Of a DNA stretch of 64,000 nt, positions 39,785 to 51,275 are shown piece after piece (position 1 is the stretch's first letter; the number at the start of each line of letters is the position of its first letter). The notes beneath the pieces are model-generated. The model searched no databases. It saw only the letters and a list, made by a program, of their open reading frames with translations, and was not told the DNA's origin. Location of the stretch: positions 5,022,001 through 5,086,000 of the forward strand of contig OZ193909.1 in NCBI GenBank assembly GCA_964276515.1, in the 5' to 3' direction. Source of the DNA: Gordius albopunctatus (taxonomy: Eukaryota). Both the position numbers and the translations under genes were made by a program.

Positions 39785-40217
39785 CTAGATGAACCGGGCA
39801 AACGTTGTTTTGCCATTTACCCTTTTATTATTAATGCAAAATAGTTGATTATTTTAGCTCAATTATGTTGGAATTTTAGGGGATATATGATGATAAAGCG
39901 GTTATCGAAGTAAAAATAAAGTTTGATGTCTATATGTTCTACTTCTATTGTTCTATTTCCGTATACACTGAAACGCGTACGAATACAACATAACACGTTC
40001 GTTAAACTGTGTTGTTGCTTACAAAAGTTGAGAATCAGGCACTAAACCGTTCTCGAAAACTACTGAACCGATTTGGCTCGAACAAATCTTGAAACATGCT
40101 CCGGAGTGTCAGAAATAAACTGTGGAATTTTGAGACAAATCGGTCTAGGTAGTTTTCCAAAATTGGTGGCGGCATACACACACGCACACACACATAGTTT
40201 CATTTTAATATATAAGA
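39785..40217 (-). mobile_element. Non-autonomous Helitron
   Basis: On the minus strand: A|TC start, TG microsatellite, subterminal hairpin GGCAAA-ACAACG-TTTGCC, CTAG|T end. A second 3'-end fragment is at ~57123-57240. Confidence 0.75.
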
Positions 40218-40284
40218 TTAAAAGGCCGTAAATTATATTATTTTTAGAGATGTATAAATCCGTCATATTCTTATAAATTCTTAT

Positions 40285-40450
40285 CATGGGCATAGCCAAG
40301 GGGGCAGGGAGGGGCAGCTGCCCCCCCCCCTTTAAATCAAAAATTTTGTCCGAATTTATTAGAATTATGGCTAATTCAAAAAATGATCATTATACCCCTC
40401 GGGTAAATCATTATTGCCCCCTTCTAATTCTAATGCTGGCTACGCCCATG
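40285..40450. mobile_element. Short hAT-type MITE copy
   Basis: CATGGGCATAGCCA...TGGCTACGCCCATG termini. Confidence 0.75.
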
Positions 40451-41202
40451 TTTATTATTGATACTTAAACCATTCAATTTTGGGCAAGGAGATTTTATTA
40501 AATACTTGATCAATACTTTTGTTTCAACTATTACGGGCGATTGATTGATGGCTCGAGACTAATTTCATACCAAAGTCGCCTTTTAAATAGGTTTTTACCT
40601 GTTTCGCATGAGTTTTTCAAGTAGTGCATTCAATATAATATGATTTTCAAAAAATCGCAAAATATTGATGTGACTAATTGGCAATGACGTAAATTTAATC
40701 ATAATCATCGATTCAAATGTGGCAATTAAAATTTCGTATAAATGTCAGCATTTGATGTATATATTATTTCGCTAAATTTAATCAATTTTCGATAGAATTA
40801 GGTATTAAGTAATCAATCGAAAACCTGCATCGAGGAATGGGGATACAATGCCTAATACGACGTTATTTAAGTTATAGCCTCATGCGTCAAAGACTTTTTT
40901 AATCCCATTAATTCTCGATCTGTCGCTTTACGCGAGGGACAGGCTTTGGGGTCTATTTCATTATATTAACCTTAAAATTAGATATAAAACATGGCCCAAA
41001 TAACTCCTACCCTTGCCTCCTAATTTTATTCCTTTTTGTCATCCCTATAAAACACACATTAAAATTCTTTATTGTCAAAGCTTTGGCCCAAAAATATTTT
41101 TGCCTTTATTCAAAAACGTCCTTCAAATCATCGCATTTAGGCGCACCTTTTTTTGTCGTCCACGAATTAAGTCGGTCTCTGTTTAGTAATTGAGCATCCG
41201 AC

Positions 41203-41210
41203 TATATAAA
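41203..41210 (+). promoter_or_regulatory. Candidate TATA box of insulin-like gene 1
   Basis: TATATAAA about 65 nt upstream of the ATG; weak evidence in AT-rich DNA. Confidence 0.25.
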
Positions 41211-41272
41211 TCAATTATTGCTGCCATTTAGCCGATAATTTATAATTATTTGTAATATATAACCGTTATAAA

Positions 41273-42752
41273 ATGGCTCGATCCATCAATGCTAAATCAT
41301 CCTCGGGCGCTATAATGCTGGTAATTCTAATGATTTTAGCCCTAAATTTGGGATTGGGCTCGACTTTTACACTGCATAATATGGGTTTCGGCAAGAGAAT
41401 GCAATTTGTAGCTGATTCCAACAGGGTTTGGCAAGAATTCACGGATTGCGTAAACAATATCAACTATGTGCTCCCTATGGTCTGTAAGTACCAAGACGGC
41501 AAGAACTTAGATAAAGGTAAATATCATATAAAAATATTCTCAATATTGCGACTTTGTATTAAAGTTTTATAGAAAAAATGCTCAAATAAAAGGATAAATA
41601 TTTATTTATATTTCAGATTATAAATTATTAAGTGGGTCCAAGGGCCAAAATATAAAACACCTTGCGTGAAATAAAGTTTTGCAGTCATTCGTATAAAATT
41701 CATATAAATATAAATTGTAGTGGAATGAAATCATTTATTCTGTTAAGCTGCTATTAAATGTTTGCAGTAAAAGATTGTCAAGGGGAATACAGAAAAAACT
41801 GACTTTTTTTTAGCCATAAATCAAGTAAGGGGAAATGTGATTGTTTAATTAAGAAGAAAACATAATCCCTCTTCTTAAGCCAATAAGCTTAAAAGGTCAT
41901 ATCACAATTTTTTTTGTGAAATTACATATTTTTTTGAATTGAACATTTCAAATAAAACGCCCTAAAGCATTTTTTATTTTGACCAATGTCAAATTATTGA
42001 CATCTATGTTAAACTTTTTGAAATTTGTTTGATAGTCAATACATTAATATTGATAGAGCTAAGACAATATATTTGTAAACCCTTGCAATTAGTCAACCTA
42101 AATGTGAAAATTAATTTGTGGTGATTTTTTCCTTTCTAAATTCCCATGATTTTAGACATTTACCCAGTTGAGTGGGGTTAATAAACTAATAACTAATAAG
42201 ATAGGCATTGCCGTACCCAGCTTTGTAATTAGAGGGGGGGGCAATAATGATTTAGGGATGGGCAAAATGAACATTTTTTGAAATTTTAGCCATCATTTTA
42301 ATAAATTTACACAAATTTTTCGATTTAGAGGGGGTAGCCGCCCCCCCCCTGCACCCCCCCCCCCTGGCTACGACAATAAAAATGGGAGCTTTTTTGCAGA
42401 TTTTTGTCAACAATTCAGATAAAAATAAAATATACAATGACATTTATATTATGTAAGATCGGGATCATGGTTCTTGACGTCGTCATGGCTTAAAACTTAT
42501 ACTAGTTTGCACAATTTATTAATATTTACGCTCATTTTAGTGGGTCCTAACAATTTGAAGGATTTATTGATATCGGAAAATTCATTGGAAGCTGAGGATA
42601 AAAATGTAAAGGATAGTAATTACATAGCAGCTCCTAGGGCTTCCACTTCGCAGGGTTTGGGGGAAGAACACACATCGGCAACTAAAAATATACTAAAGAA
42701 ATGCTGCATGGACAACTGCGATTTGGATTTTCTAGCCAAACTTTGCAACTAA
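41273..42752 (+). CDS. Insulin-like peptide precursor 1 (151 aa) with N-terminal amidated-peptide module
   Basis: Exons 41273-41516 and 42541-42752 (GT-AG, phase 1). Hydrophobic signal peptide, FTLHNMGF-GKR, B-type C-x11-C (CVNNINYVLPMVC), A-type CC-x3-C-x8-C (CCMDNCDLDFLAKLC); AATAAA at 42782. Confidence 0.92.
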
Positions 42753-43507
42753 CTACGCAACCCCCTTTGTCTAATAACAAAAATAAATTTACAAATTTAT
42801 AAACATTGATCACTGTCATTATATAACTTACTTTATTGCACCATTTTGTCCAATTGTCGTATAAATCGCCGTCTAACCATCGTTTTTGTGTTTTTAATCA
42901 ATCTGGAAATTAATTAAAATGCACATTATCAATAAATTATTTAGGTAATTATGAAAAAGATTTGACGATAATAATGATCTGACGATGAAAGATTGACTTT
43001 GACTATTATATGCACCTCATAAATTATAATTAAAATAAATAATTTCCTTGGTAAGTTTACATTGGTTTGTGTCCAAGTCTCTAGAGACTTTTAGCTCGTA
43101 AAATTAAAACGTGAAAATTTCAAAATTAGTGTATTAATTGTTGTATTGTAGCGACGGTTTATTAAAATAAATGTTAAAACAAGTCATACCGAGCATATAA
43201 TCATCAAGCATTTTAAATTAATTGTTATAGGATTGCAACATATAGAATGGTTAAGAAGACATGTCATGTGAGGGATGGCTTATATTATCGAATTTACAAG
43301 TCAATATGCTATTGACCAAACTTTACCCGATACAAACATTGCGATTAAAGACACATTTTAACATAATAACTATCATTATAGGTGTAGCCAGCACTGGAAT
43401 TAAAGGAGGGCAATTATGATTTAGAAAAGGGCAATTTTATATTTAAATGTTCTATATTTTATAGCATTGTCAAAAATACAAAGTTATGTTTATATAAGTT
43501 CTAAAGT

Positions 43508-44300
43508 TAGGGGGACCGTGGCTACTTTACCCATAAAAATTTAAGTAGCGTTGAAAAAAAACGAAAAAATATTTTTTCAAATTTTTTGTTGGAATATATT
43601 TTTAAGTCCTATTTTAATTTAGGGGGGAAAAAATTTGGAGGTAGTAAATAAGTAATAGTTTTTCCACAAATTAAGTCTAAAAAACATAAATCTTAAAAAT
43701 TTTAAAAATGCCCGGGGCTAGTTCTTATCTTATTAGTGTATGCTAACTAAAATCAATAAAAGGATTGTTTCATTATAAAAAATATAGGAAATGCAAATGT
43801 AATTTGATTGCATTTTATATAAAACAAATAAAAAAGAGTCAAGATGACACTCTGACTTAATTACACTTAAAAGACAGATCCTAGAATGGAAAAAACTTTT
43901 AGTAGGTACTATTTTAACGTATACTCTTAGTCTATTTCTATTCAAAATTATAATATTTTTTGTTTTTTGCCATTTGTAGGACGCAATGAAAAATGGATAG
44001 CAATAACCTCTCTACGACTAGCCCCGACCCCTATTTTTATAAACAATTAATATTTTAACATGTTATAGTGCGGATAAAAATTTAATCGACGGGCTTTGTA
44101 TAAAAAATACCCCTTTATAATATAAAACCTTAATTAGTCAATAGCCCCAAAAAATCGTTTTTCCTCTATAAAATTTTTTACTTATACCTTATAAAAAAAT
44201 ATACGTATGGTTTAAATTTCTATTATATATCATTATAATTTTAAAAATAAATTACAAATATATTAATAACCCCGGGCTACAACTATCCCCGGTCCCCCTA
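43508..44300 (-). mobile_element. TA-flanked MITE (diverged copy) between the two insulin-like genes
   Basis: TAGGGGGACCG...CGGTCCCCCTA termini; body homologous to 59344-60288. Confidence 0.75.
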
Positions 44301-45098
44301 TTAACCAATTTATTATCAGGTATTTTAACGCATAGTTTAAGATGTTCTGATGAGTTATCTTTAACAAAGTTTCTCTTCTCCCCCGTCCCCCCCCTGGTCT
44401 TATATTAGGGGGTTATTTCTTACCTTTTTTAGAATTGACATGCTTTATTAAATAAAAAGTATTAAATATTGAACGGAAGTGTAATCCTTATTATGTGATG
44501 ATTATAATAAAAATTAATTATGTAATGGATCTGACATTAATAACTTTATTATTACAAAAATCATTTTATCAAATATTGACAAATGTAATTTGAAATGCAG
44601 CATTAAGCCTAATTAGGACGTAACTTCGAAATAAGGCAGCACGATTTCGAAATTATTAAAATTTCAGGGCTCTTTCGAAAATTATTTTTCATCAAGACTC
44701 TCTAATAATAATTTGTTATTTCATCGAACAAAATGCGTAGATAATATTTAGTTGTGCGCATGTGAAAAAAAGATCATTAGAAATATTTAATGAATTCGAA
44801 AAAAACATGCTTTTAATGATTCATTCTAATGGTTGTTATTTGTGATTTAAAATCTTTGCGTATGATGATCGATTTAACTTTTTCCAATATATCATCGTTA
44901 GCGTCGAGGTGCAATTATACCTAGCGCGGTAACTATTTGTTTTTCTCACCACGACATAAATACCTAATATTCGGACAAAGATAAAACACTTGAAAGTTTA
45001 GTTTTGGCATTCATTGCTCTAAATCTTTTAAATCCTTTAATAACTTTCGATCCCCCTCTACATAATCTTTTATCAACACTATCCTTTTAAACTTGAGC

Positions 45099-45855
45099 AT
45101 GCACACTAGACAAAACCTAAAATCTCTCCTATGGGTTTTGGCCTTTAGTCTAACTCTGTTTAGTTTTAATCAAGGCTTTACTCTACACAATATGGAATTT
45201 GGAAAGAGGATGATGCTTCAACGCAATTCAATAATGAGTAGGGAATGGGAGGATCTGATTGTATGCGTGAACAAGGTGAATTACTTATTAAAGACCATTT
45301 GCCAACAAGAGCAAAGACCCAATTCCTACGGGCAAGGTAAATTATGCTACGTTACATTTTAATCTCGGCGCAAAATTTATAGCTTCCAAATGTAAAGAAT
45401 ATCTTTTAACAATTCTAAAAAGTTTTTTTGTATTATTTCGTCAAACAAAGCTTTTCCATACTTTTTATATATAAGGCCAAATAGCTATAATTTATAGACT
45501 TTATCTTAATAATAATTTAAATTTTAAATTTTATGTTAATTAGTGCACTTTGATCATCAAATGTGTAAAGCAAATTGAAAAGTCTAATAGCTATAAAATA
45601 TCGTCTATAGTACAAACAATCGAGACACATTCACATAAAACTTTAATTATTTTCAAACTTGCTGTTTGCATAAAAAGTGATATTTGACATAAACTTATTT
45701 TTCGATCAGGAGCTTTTCCGCAGCCAAATTATTCCGTATTAAGCCAAGGACCTATTAGCGACTACCAAGATATGGATAGATCATTGAATTTCCTCAAACA
45801 ATGTTGTAACCGTGATTGTGGATTCGAATCGTTATACAGTGTTTGTAAATATTAA
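45099..45855 (+). CDS. Insulin-like peptide precursor 2 (127 aa) with N-terminal amidated-peptide module
   Basis: Exons 45099-45336 and 45710-45855 (GT-AG, phase 1). Signal peptide, FTLHNMEF-GKR, CVNKVNYLLKTIC (C-x11-C), CCNRDCGFESLYSVC (CC-x3-C-x8-C). Exon 2 is absent from the ORF track. Confidence 0.92.
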
Positions 45856-48037
45856 AATTATCTATAATATTTTTATCTATTTTCACCATGTGTAATCACT
45901 TAAAATTTTTTACTCTATATTAAAGATCAGATTTTATAGAAAAAATAATTGAATCACTTTATACATTATCATCCCATTATTCACCCACCGCTATGATGTC
46001 CCTATCGTTCGTCCATTGTAATTTATTATTAAACTGATGATGACAAAAATCAACAGATCAATTACAATTTGGCAATAAATATTAATCCCTACAAACCAAT
46101 CCTATACAATGTTTTAGTATTATGATAGACTAAAAATGATATAAAAACAGTGTATATTTAAAAACATTCAATTTTGATATGCAATTAAATTATTATTAAT
46201 TCATTTTCAATAAATTTGGGTAGCGCCAGTGATCATATAATTGTTCTACATTATATAAATGACAGAGTAATTTGCTAGGCGCCCTCCTTATCGGAATTCG
46301 TTGAATGATGAAATTTGTAAGTGTTATAATATAATAGGGCACGTAATGATTTAATTATTATTAATGGAGTCGGACGTGCCATTTTCCTAAGTAAATAGCT
46401 GTGGGCTGCATCCATGCGCTTTCCTTATTTTTAAATAGATTTGGGGATGTATAATTAAAACATTTTTATTTTTTCTACTTTAAACAATAAATAGTTTTTA
46501 TACTTAATTAATCATTAACTATAAATTTAAATAAATTCCTAGAATCAAAGTTTATTGTTTATATCTTAACATTAATACTGCTCAAAAGATATTGTAATTT
46601 CAGGTTCTATATATATATTTTGTAAACTTTTTTTATAAGGTAGTGTTTATTATAGTTAAAAACATATTTTGTGAACATGAATGAAGTAAATAAAAAAGGT
46701 TAAATTCAATAAATAATTCTATATATTTAAGATTAAATTCCATATCTATTTAACATTGTGTAATAAAGTTTTATGTATTGATTAAATCTTTATGTCACTT
46801 GAGCTTGGAAGATAATTCTCAGAATCAATAGATTAAAAACCGAAAGTACAAAAATGTTTCGCATCTCATATTTTGTTCCTAAATTTGATTATTTATGGGA
46901 GCAAATCGCAAGCCATATAAAAATGTCACATAAATAAAATTTGTACAAAGCATAGCATATAAATCGTTTTTTGCTCTTTTTTAAATCTAATATATTAGGG
47001 TAGCTTAGCAAGATTAACCTTATTCAACTTTTTTTATTGAATTAAAAAAATATAAAAAATCATTCTACCCATTACCAATAAACAAGTTAAACTCTTTCAA
47101 ATTAGATAAATATGTTAAAAAAGAAGTATTTAATCATGCCGTCATTTATATATTTCGATATAAGAACGTTAAAAAATAAAGTACTTTGAAGTTATAAATA
47201 ATTTTCATCAAAATTCTGAAATTGATGGCTCATCCGCCTTTGCTTAAATTTGATTGCAATATTTTTGAGCCTTTATTTGTAGTATATAAAATAAACAATA
47301 AACCTTAATTAAAATAAGCCAAAAAAATGTCTAAATGCTTTAGAAAATAATTTCATCAAATTTTTGACTTATAGCTCAAATATTAAAATATTTTTTTTCT
47401 TATAATATCTTTATAATATAATAAAAAAAAGGTTAACTTTATCACATATTATAAATAAAAAGGCTATATATTATTAGTAAATTATTTTAGAAAATGAAGT
47501 TTTTAGTTCATTTAATAAAATGTTAGAAATAGACATAATTTACCTAAATTTATTTGTTTTGGTTTCTACGTAGATTTGGTTGAATTTTTCGTTTCTTAAT
47601 GAATTATTTCAATTTATTTATCATGTATTAATTAAAATATTATTTATTTCACGTTGTAACGAAGGAGGGGCAAGCGAGGACAGCTGCCCCACTTTAAATC
47701 TAAAAAATTTGATTTGATGAAATTAAGGTAAAAGTTACAAATTTATTAATTTGTCCTTCTCTAATTTCTTTTTTAAATCCTGACGATGCCCATGTTGCAT
47801 CTTACATCTATCGGTCAAAGTCCTCAGCTAAAGAGATGTCTAAATAGGAAATACTTTCATGATTTTATGCGACGATTAGAAGGCATATTTTTTGTGACAA
47901 TAACAAGTACACGGACTTATTATCAATCTATCAAAATCTATATAGTAGCATTATTCATTTTTTAGAATAAAAATAAAATAAAAATGTGGTGAATTATGTT
48001 TTAAGCATAAAATAAGCATTATTTTATATAATGCTTA

Positions 48038-48630
48038 TTAACCCTCGAGAGTATTCCTGAAAATCCCGAACGCGAGAGTATTCGTGGGGTATAACTTTCC
48101 CCCACTTTTTAACTTCCTATAACTTTCAAAGTTTTGTTTTAAAACCTTTCAAATTTTAAAAATGTGTTTATAAAGGTCTTAAGAGTGATGGTATACATTT
48201 TGATACAAATATAATCAACATTACAAAAGTTATTAACCATTTTCTGGACCCCTATTTTTATCTTGGTTATTTTAGAGCTTCCCCTCATTTTACCTCTTGA
48301 CATCATATACCTTAAAATAAATCAAAACAAACGTGACTTTTTATTAAAAGAATGTTCAAAATGTATTAAAAACACAAATTGTAAAAGATATCATCAAACA
48401 AAAAAAACACATACATTTTCTCCAACAGAAAAAAACTTACGCGATTCGTGGGGTATAATCATACCCCAAGAGGCAGAAAACTTCTATATTTTAAAAAGTA
48501 TTAATCCAAAACCTATGAAATTTTCACCTAATCTAGTTCTTGATAAAATATTAAGCTACTGAATAGACCAAATTAATTAGAGTTAAATTGCTTTCTATAT
48601 TTTAATTTATAATTTTCGTGGGGTATATTC
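48038..48630. mobile_element. Possible piggyBac-like left end
   Basis: TTAA|CCCTCGAGAGTATT start with repeated TCGTGGGGTATA motifs (~48082, 48447, 48616); no matching right end found. Confidence 0.3.
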
Positions 48631-51116
48631 CAAAAATATTTTATCATTGAAATTAAGTCAATTAATCATGTCGCAATTTGTGACATATGCAAATCTGATT
48701 TTAACTTATTTTTATTTATGAGTTTCAATTACAATGAATCTTCATTATCAACAGCCTTGGTTCATTTTAGAATTTTAAGTACACAATTGTTCGCTCTATT
48801 TGCCTGAGAGCAGTTAATAAAATTATAGTTGTAAAATACAAACAATTACAGTGATTATATAGCATAATCTACTTAATATTAGTATTCACAAACTTCAAAA
48901 AACGTTTATTCCTGATCTAAAGATCTTTGATCACGTCAATAGTAATTGCTGCTATTTTCTAGGTAATTTAAAAATCATTTTTGGGTCAGCCACAGTCGAA
49001 TCACTTATTGATGTTGGCTTAAAAATTATTCCCTTCCACTTCAAACACCAATGATAAAAAATATATATTAATAATTAATATTAAACTAATTAAAGAAGAT
49101 CCAAACAATTTTGAAATATGTCATAATTTAAGATATATGCAAATTCAATAAAAGTAAAATATGTAAATTTTTGTTATTTAAGTCCAAAACGCCACAAATT
49201 ATTTTATTATATATAATTGCCATTAAAATGTTCGTTCTTCAAAGGCTAGCTAAGATATCTATGAATAACTGAGGACATCTAAAATATTTTAAATAATATT
49301 TGGAAAAAGGGTTGCAGCTTTAAACACATAGAGATTCATATAACGTTTTAAATTATTTGCCATTTCTAGATTGCTTAACTACTTGCCCGACATTCGGCTC
49401 AAAAATATTTCCTATCACATTTTTTATTATTATAGAAAATTGATTTTTTTTTAATTAATCGATTATAAATTGTAACGGTTTTTTGATAGACAACTCTTAG
49501 TCAATAAAAATATTATGTTTGATTTTGATCCTCCAAAACCTTTCTTTTATAAAGAGGCATAGTATACATAATTAAAATAAAGATTATAAAATAGCAAAAC
49601 AAATCAACTAATCAGACACTTTTTAAATGAACATTTTAACTTTTACAAATTCCCCTAAACGTCTGAAAAATACATAATAAAATTTCAGAAAAATATTACG
49701 CCATTGAGATTTAATATAGTTAATTCGTATTTCTCATCGGTCTGAAACATCTGCCATTACTTCCCCATGACCTGAACATACAAAGGCAGTTTTTTGATTA
49801 AATATTTATGCCTGATTAAATTATATTTTTCCTGAATTATTGATGATAAGGTGTCGCAAAACTTGAAAAGGGACTATTTAAAAATTAATGCCGAATTTAA
49901 TTAATAGATTATTTTATTAGCAGAAAATGGATAATCATATTATTAGTGAAAATCTATTATTGATATACGTGAATATTATGTTTTTTTTACTAACTTTTTG
50001 AGTTTTAAATTAATTCTCAAATTTTAATATAGACAATGATAAGGGACTTTGAAATTATTATTAATTCGATTTTATTAATATTATAACATTATATTTGTTC
50101 AAATATATAAAAACTAAAGCAGTGTACATATAAAATACCGGATGAAAATGTTGTGTGTGATTATTATGATTTCTAAAAATCTAATTAAAAAGCTCCAGAT
50201 TTTAAAGTAAATTAATATCACCTTTAATAACATTTTTCATTAAATTATCCACAAAATTCAAATTCCAATCAAAATGGGTATCCATTTTTTGTTAATTATC
50301 GATTATAATGTGAGTAATTAATTGGAAAATTTACATTAATAAAGAAAATTAAGGCAAAATTTAACGTTAGCTTACCCAAACTTCAAAGCCATCTATTCTG
50401 CAATCACGTTTGCTGATTGATATCAAGTGTATAGTTAAGATTTTCAAGGGCATTTCGAAATGTTATCAAAATTGTGACGGTAATGCCGTTTCAAAATCTT
50501 AACATCACACGATGGCTATACATGCGATTCGTTCTTCATCAAAAATCTTTACCAGGTAAAAAAAAGTTATGGTGCGGAATGAAAATTTGATAAAAATGAC
50601 GTGAGCATATGTGATTTCCCAGCTTAGTTTGAACAACATAAATTATTATTTAAATGAACTATGGTAAAAATCGTTAAATTTTATCTGATAAAATATATCA
50701 GTCTTGACCTGGTGTTGTTGCTTGACTCCATGCTAACTTACCAGTTCACACTTTTGTCGGTATTTTAACTGGTTTACGTAATTGAGCAAAGTTTATCGCC
50801 ATGCAATTTTAAGGTGAGTTGTCAAATTTGAGGCTTAAACAAACAAAAGGGACCCTAGCACGCGCCACTGCGAACAGGTCATCAAGATGTAAATATGACT
50901 CCACCTCAGAGACACATCGTGTAAAGTATAGTTTTAATATGTCAAACAAACTAGGGTACGCAAGTTAAATAGTATTGTAACGCCTTGATCTTTGATAATG
51001 ATGTAAGCCTAAAATCCGGTAGGATATTGACGTAGTGGTCTGAATTAAATGTTTATTTTATCATTTTCTTGGTGGGATTAAAATGGTATGAAATTGTTTT
51101 AGCAATATATATGAAC

Positions 51117-51275
51117 ACATGGGCGTAGCCAAGGAGAGGGGGGTGCGGGGGAAGGCGGCTGCCTCCTATCTAAAAATTTATTAAAATATCGCTAAAATTT
51201 TAAAATATATTAATTTTACCCTTCCCTAAATCATTGTTGCCCCCCCTTCTGATTCTAATGCTGGAAATGCCAATG
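51117..51275. mobile_element. Short hAT-type MITE copy
   Basis: CATGGGCGTAGCCAAGG start and family body. Confidence 0.6.
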
